Assembly: GCA_035404085.1 (NCBI GenBank)
Contig: DAONGL010000001.1
Location: 42,195-106,194, forward strand
Length of the DNA: 64,000 bases
From: Methanomassiliicoccales archaeon
GTDB taxonomy: Archaea; Thermoplasmatota; Thermoplasmata; Methanomassiliicoccales; UBA472
Direction of reading: 5' to 3'
Below the pieces are notes generated by a model that did not search any database, was not told the DNA's origin, and saw nothing but the letters and a program-made list of their open reading frames with translations. The position numbers were made by a program, and so were the translations under genes. Shown here one piece after another: positions 63,335 to 64,000 of the stretch; the first letter of the stretch is position 1; every line of letters starts with the position of its first letter.

Positions 63335-64000
63335 ATGTCAAGGAAAGGAATGTCCACCCGCTCCGTGCACGACGGAGACAAGTCCCTGCATTACGAAGGG
63401 GCGATCAACACCCCGATATTCCAAAGCACCACCTTCGCCTTCCCTACCGAGGAACCGCGCACCTGGAACGGGGAGATCCCCGACGGCACCTACATCTATT
63501 CGCGGGACAGCAACCCCACCGTGAGAGCGGTCGAGGATAAGCTGGCCTCCCTGGAGGGCGCGGAGTCGTCCCTGGCCTTCTCCTCGGGAATGGCGGCCAT
63601 AACCTCAGCGCTGCTGACCTTCCTGCAGAAGGGAGACCGTCTGGTCGCCATGCAGGACCTCTATGGAGGCACTTACGCCTTCCTTAAGAACGAGATGTCC
63701 CGCCTAGGCGTGGACGTCACCTTCGTACCGACCACTGACCCGGCGGAGCTATGCGCGGCGATAGACGGCAGGACAAAGGTGCTCTACCTGGAGAGCCCGA
63801 CGAATCCGCTGCTCAAGCTCATCGACATCCGCGAGACGTGCAGATTGGCGCACCAGAAGGGGTGTCTGGTCATGATCGATAACACCTTTGCCACTCCCAT
63901 CCTGCAGCGGCCGCTGGAACTGGGCGCGGACATCGTTCTACACAGCGCCACCAAGTACCTCAACGGCCACTCGGACGTCATCGCCGGCTTCGTGGCCGGA
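63335..64000 (+). CDS. Cys/Met-metabolism PLP-dependent enzyme (cystathionine gamma-synthase / O-acetylhomoserine sulfhydrylase family), N-terminal 222 codons
   Basis: Not resolved in the ORF track (it runs off the edge). From ATG 63335: MSRKGMSTRSVHDGDK...PIFQSTTFAF...YSRDSNPTV...SSGMAAI...VLYLESPTNPLL...IDNTFATP...HSATKYLNGHSD, including the PLP lysine motif SATKY. Confidence 0.85.
   Translation, partial: MSRKGMSTRSVHDGDKSLHYEGAINTPIFQSTTFAFPTEEPRTWNGEIPDGTYIYSRDSNPTVRAVEDKLASLEGAESSLAFSSGMAAITSALLTFLQKGDRLVAMQDLYGGTYAFLKNEMSRLGVDVTFVPTTDPAELCAAIDGRTKVLYLESPTNPLLKLIDIRETCRLAHQKGCLVMIDNTFATPILQRPLELGADIVLHSATKYLNGHSDVIAGFVAG

Overview
GC-rich, densely coded archaeal chromosomal segment. I call about 80 protein genes on both strands and 6 tRNAs. 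I found no rRNA, CRISPR array, transposase or integrase. Archaeal hallmarks include topoisomerase VI A/B, class I LysRS, archaeal-type TrpRS, pyruvoyl arginine decarboxylase, the LSm-L37e pair, eS1 (S3Ae), L41e, Sec61beta and a PAC2 chaperone with an HbYX tail. HdrC/HdrB, a hydrogenase maturation protease and DUF1638 suggest a methanogen-type organism, possibly a Methanomassiliicoccales-like Thermoplasmata. That lineage call is inference only. Most of the window is housekeeping: purF, pyrC, cysK, cimA, hom, nadE, ppa, arcC, DRG GTPase, an ABC-2 exporter and a CPA2 antiporter. Three genes absent from the ORF track were recovered by eye: edge-truncated trpS, rpl37e and rpl41e. Four of the six tRNAs carry introns, and the tRNA-Trp intron contains a box C/D guide aimed at positions 34 and 39 of its own tRNA. 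The best candidate for an undescribed system is a translationally coupled pair at 34476-36052. It encodes a stand-alone CARF-like Rossmann protein and a large PIN-domain nuclease, in a small non-core stretch (33.4-37.8 kb) just downstream of tRNA-Trp. That stretch also holds an orphan HprK-like P-loop kinase. Other notable items are a Rab/Ras-like small GTPase coupled to a V4R-DUF835 protein, a divergent nitrilase/NadE pair, and tandem amidohydrolase paralogs in a Rieske/nitroreductase cluster. There is also an ice-binding-like (DUF3494) surface protein behind an extremely AT-rich promoter. All family assignments come from motif recognition by eye, with no database searches.
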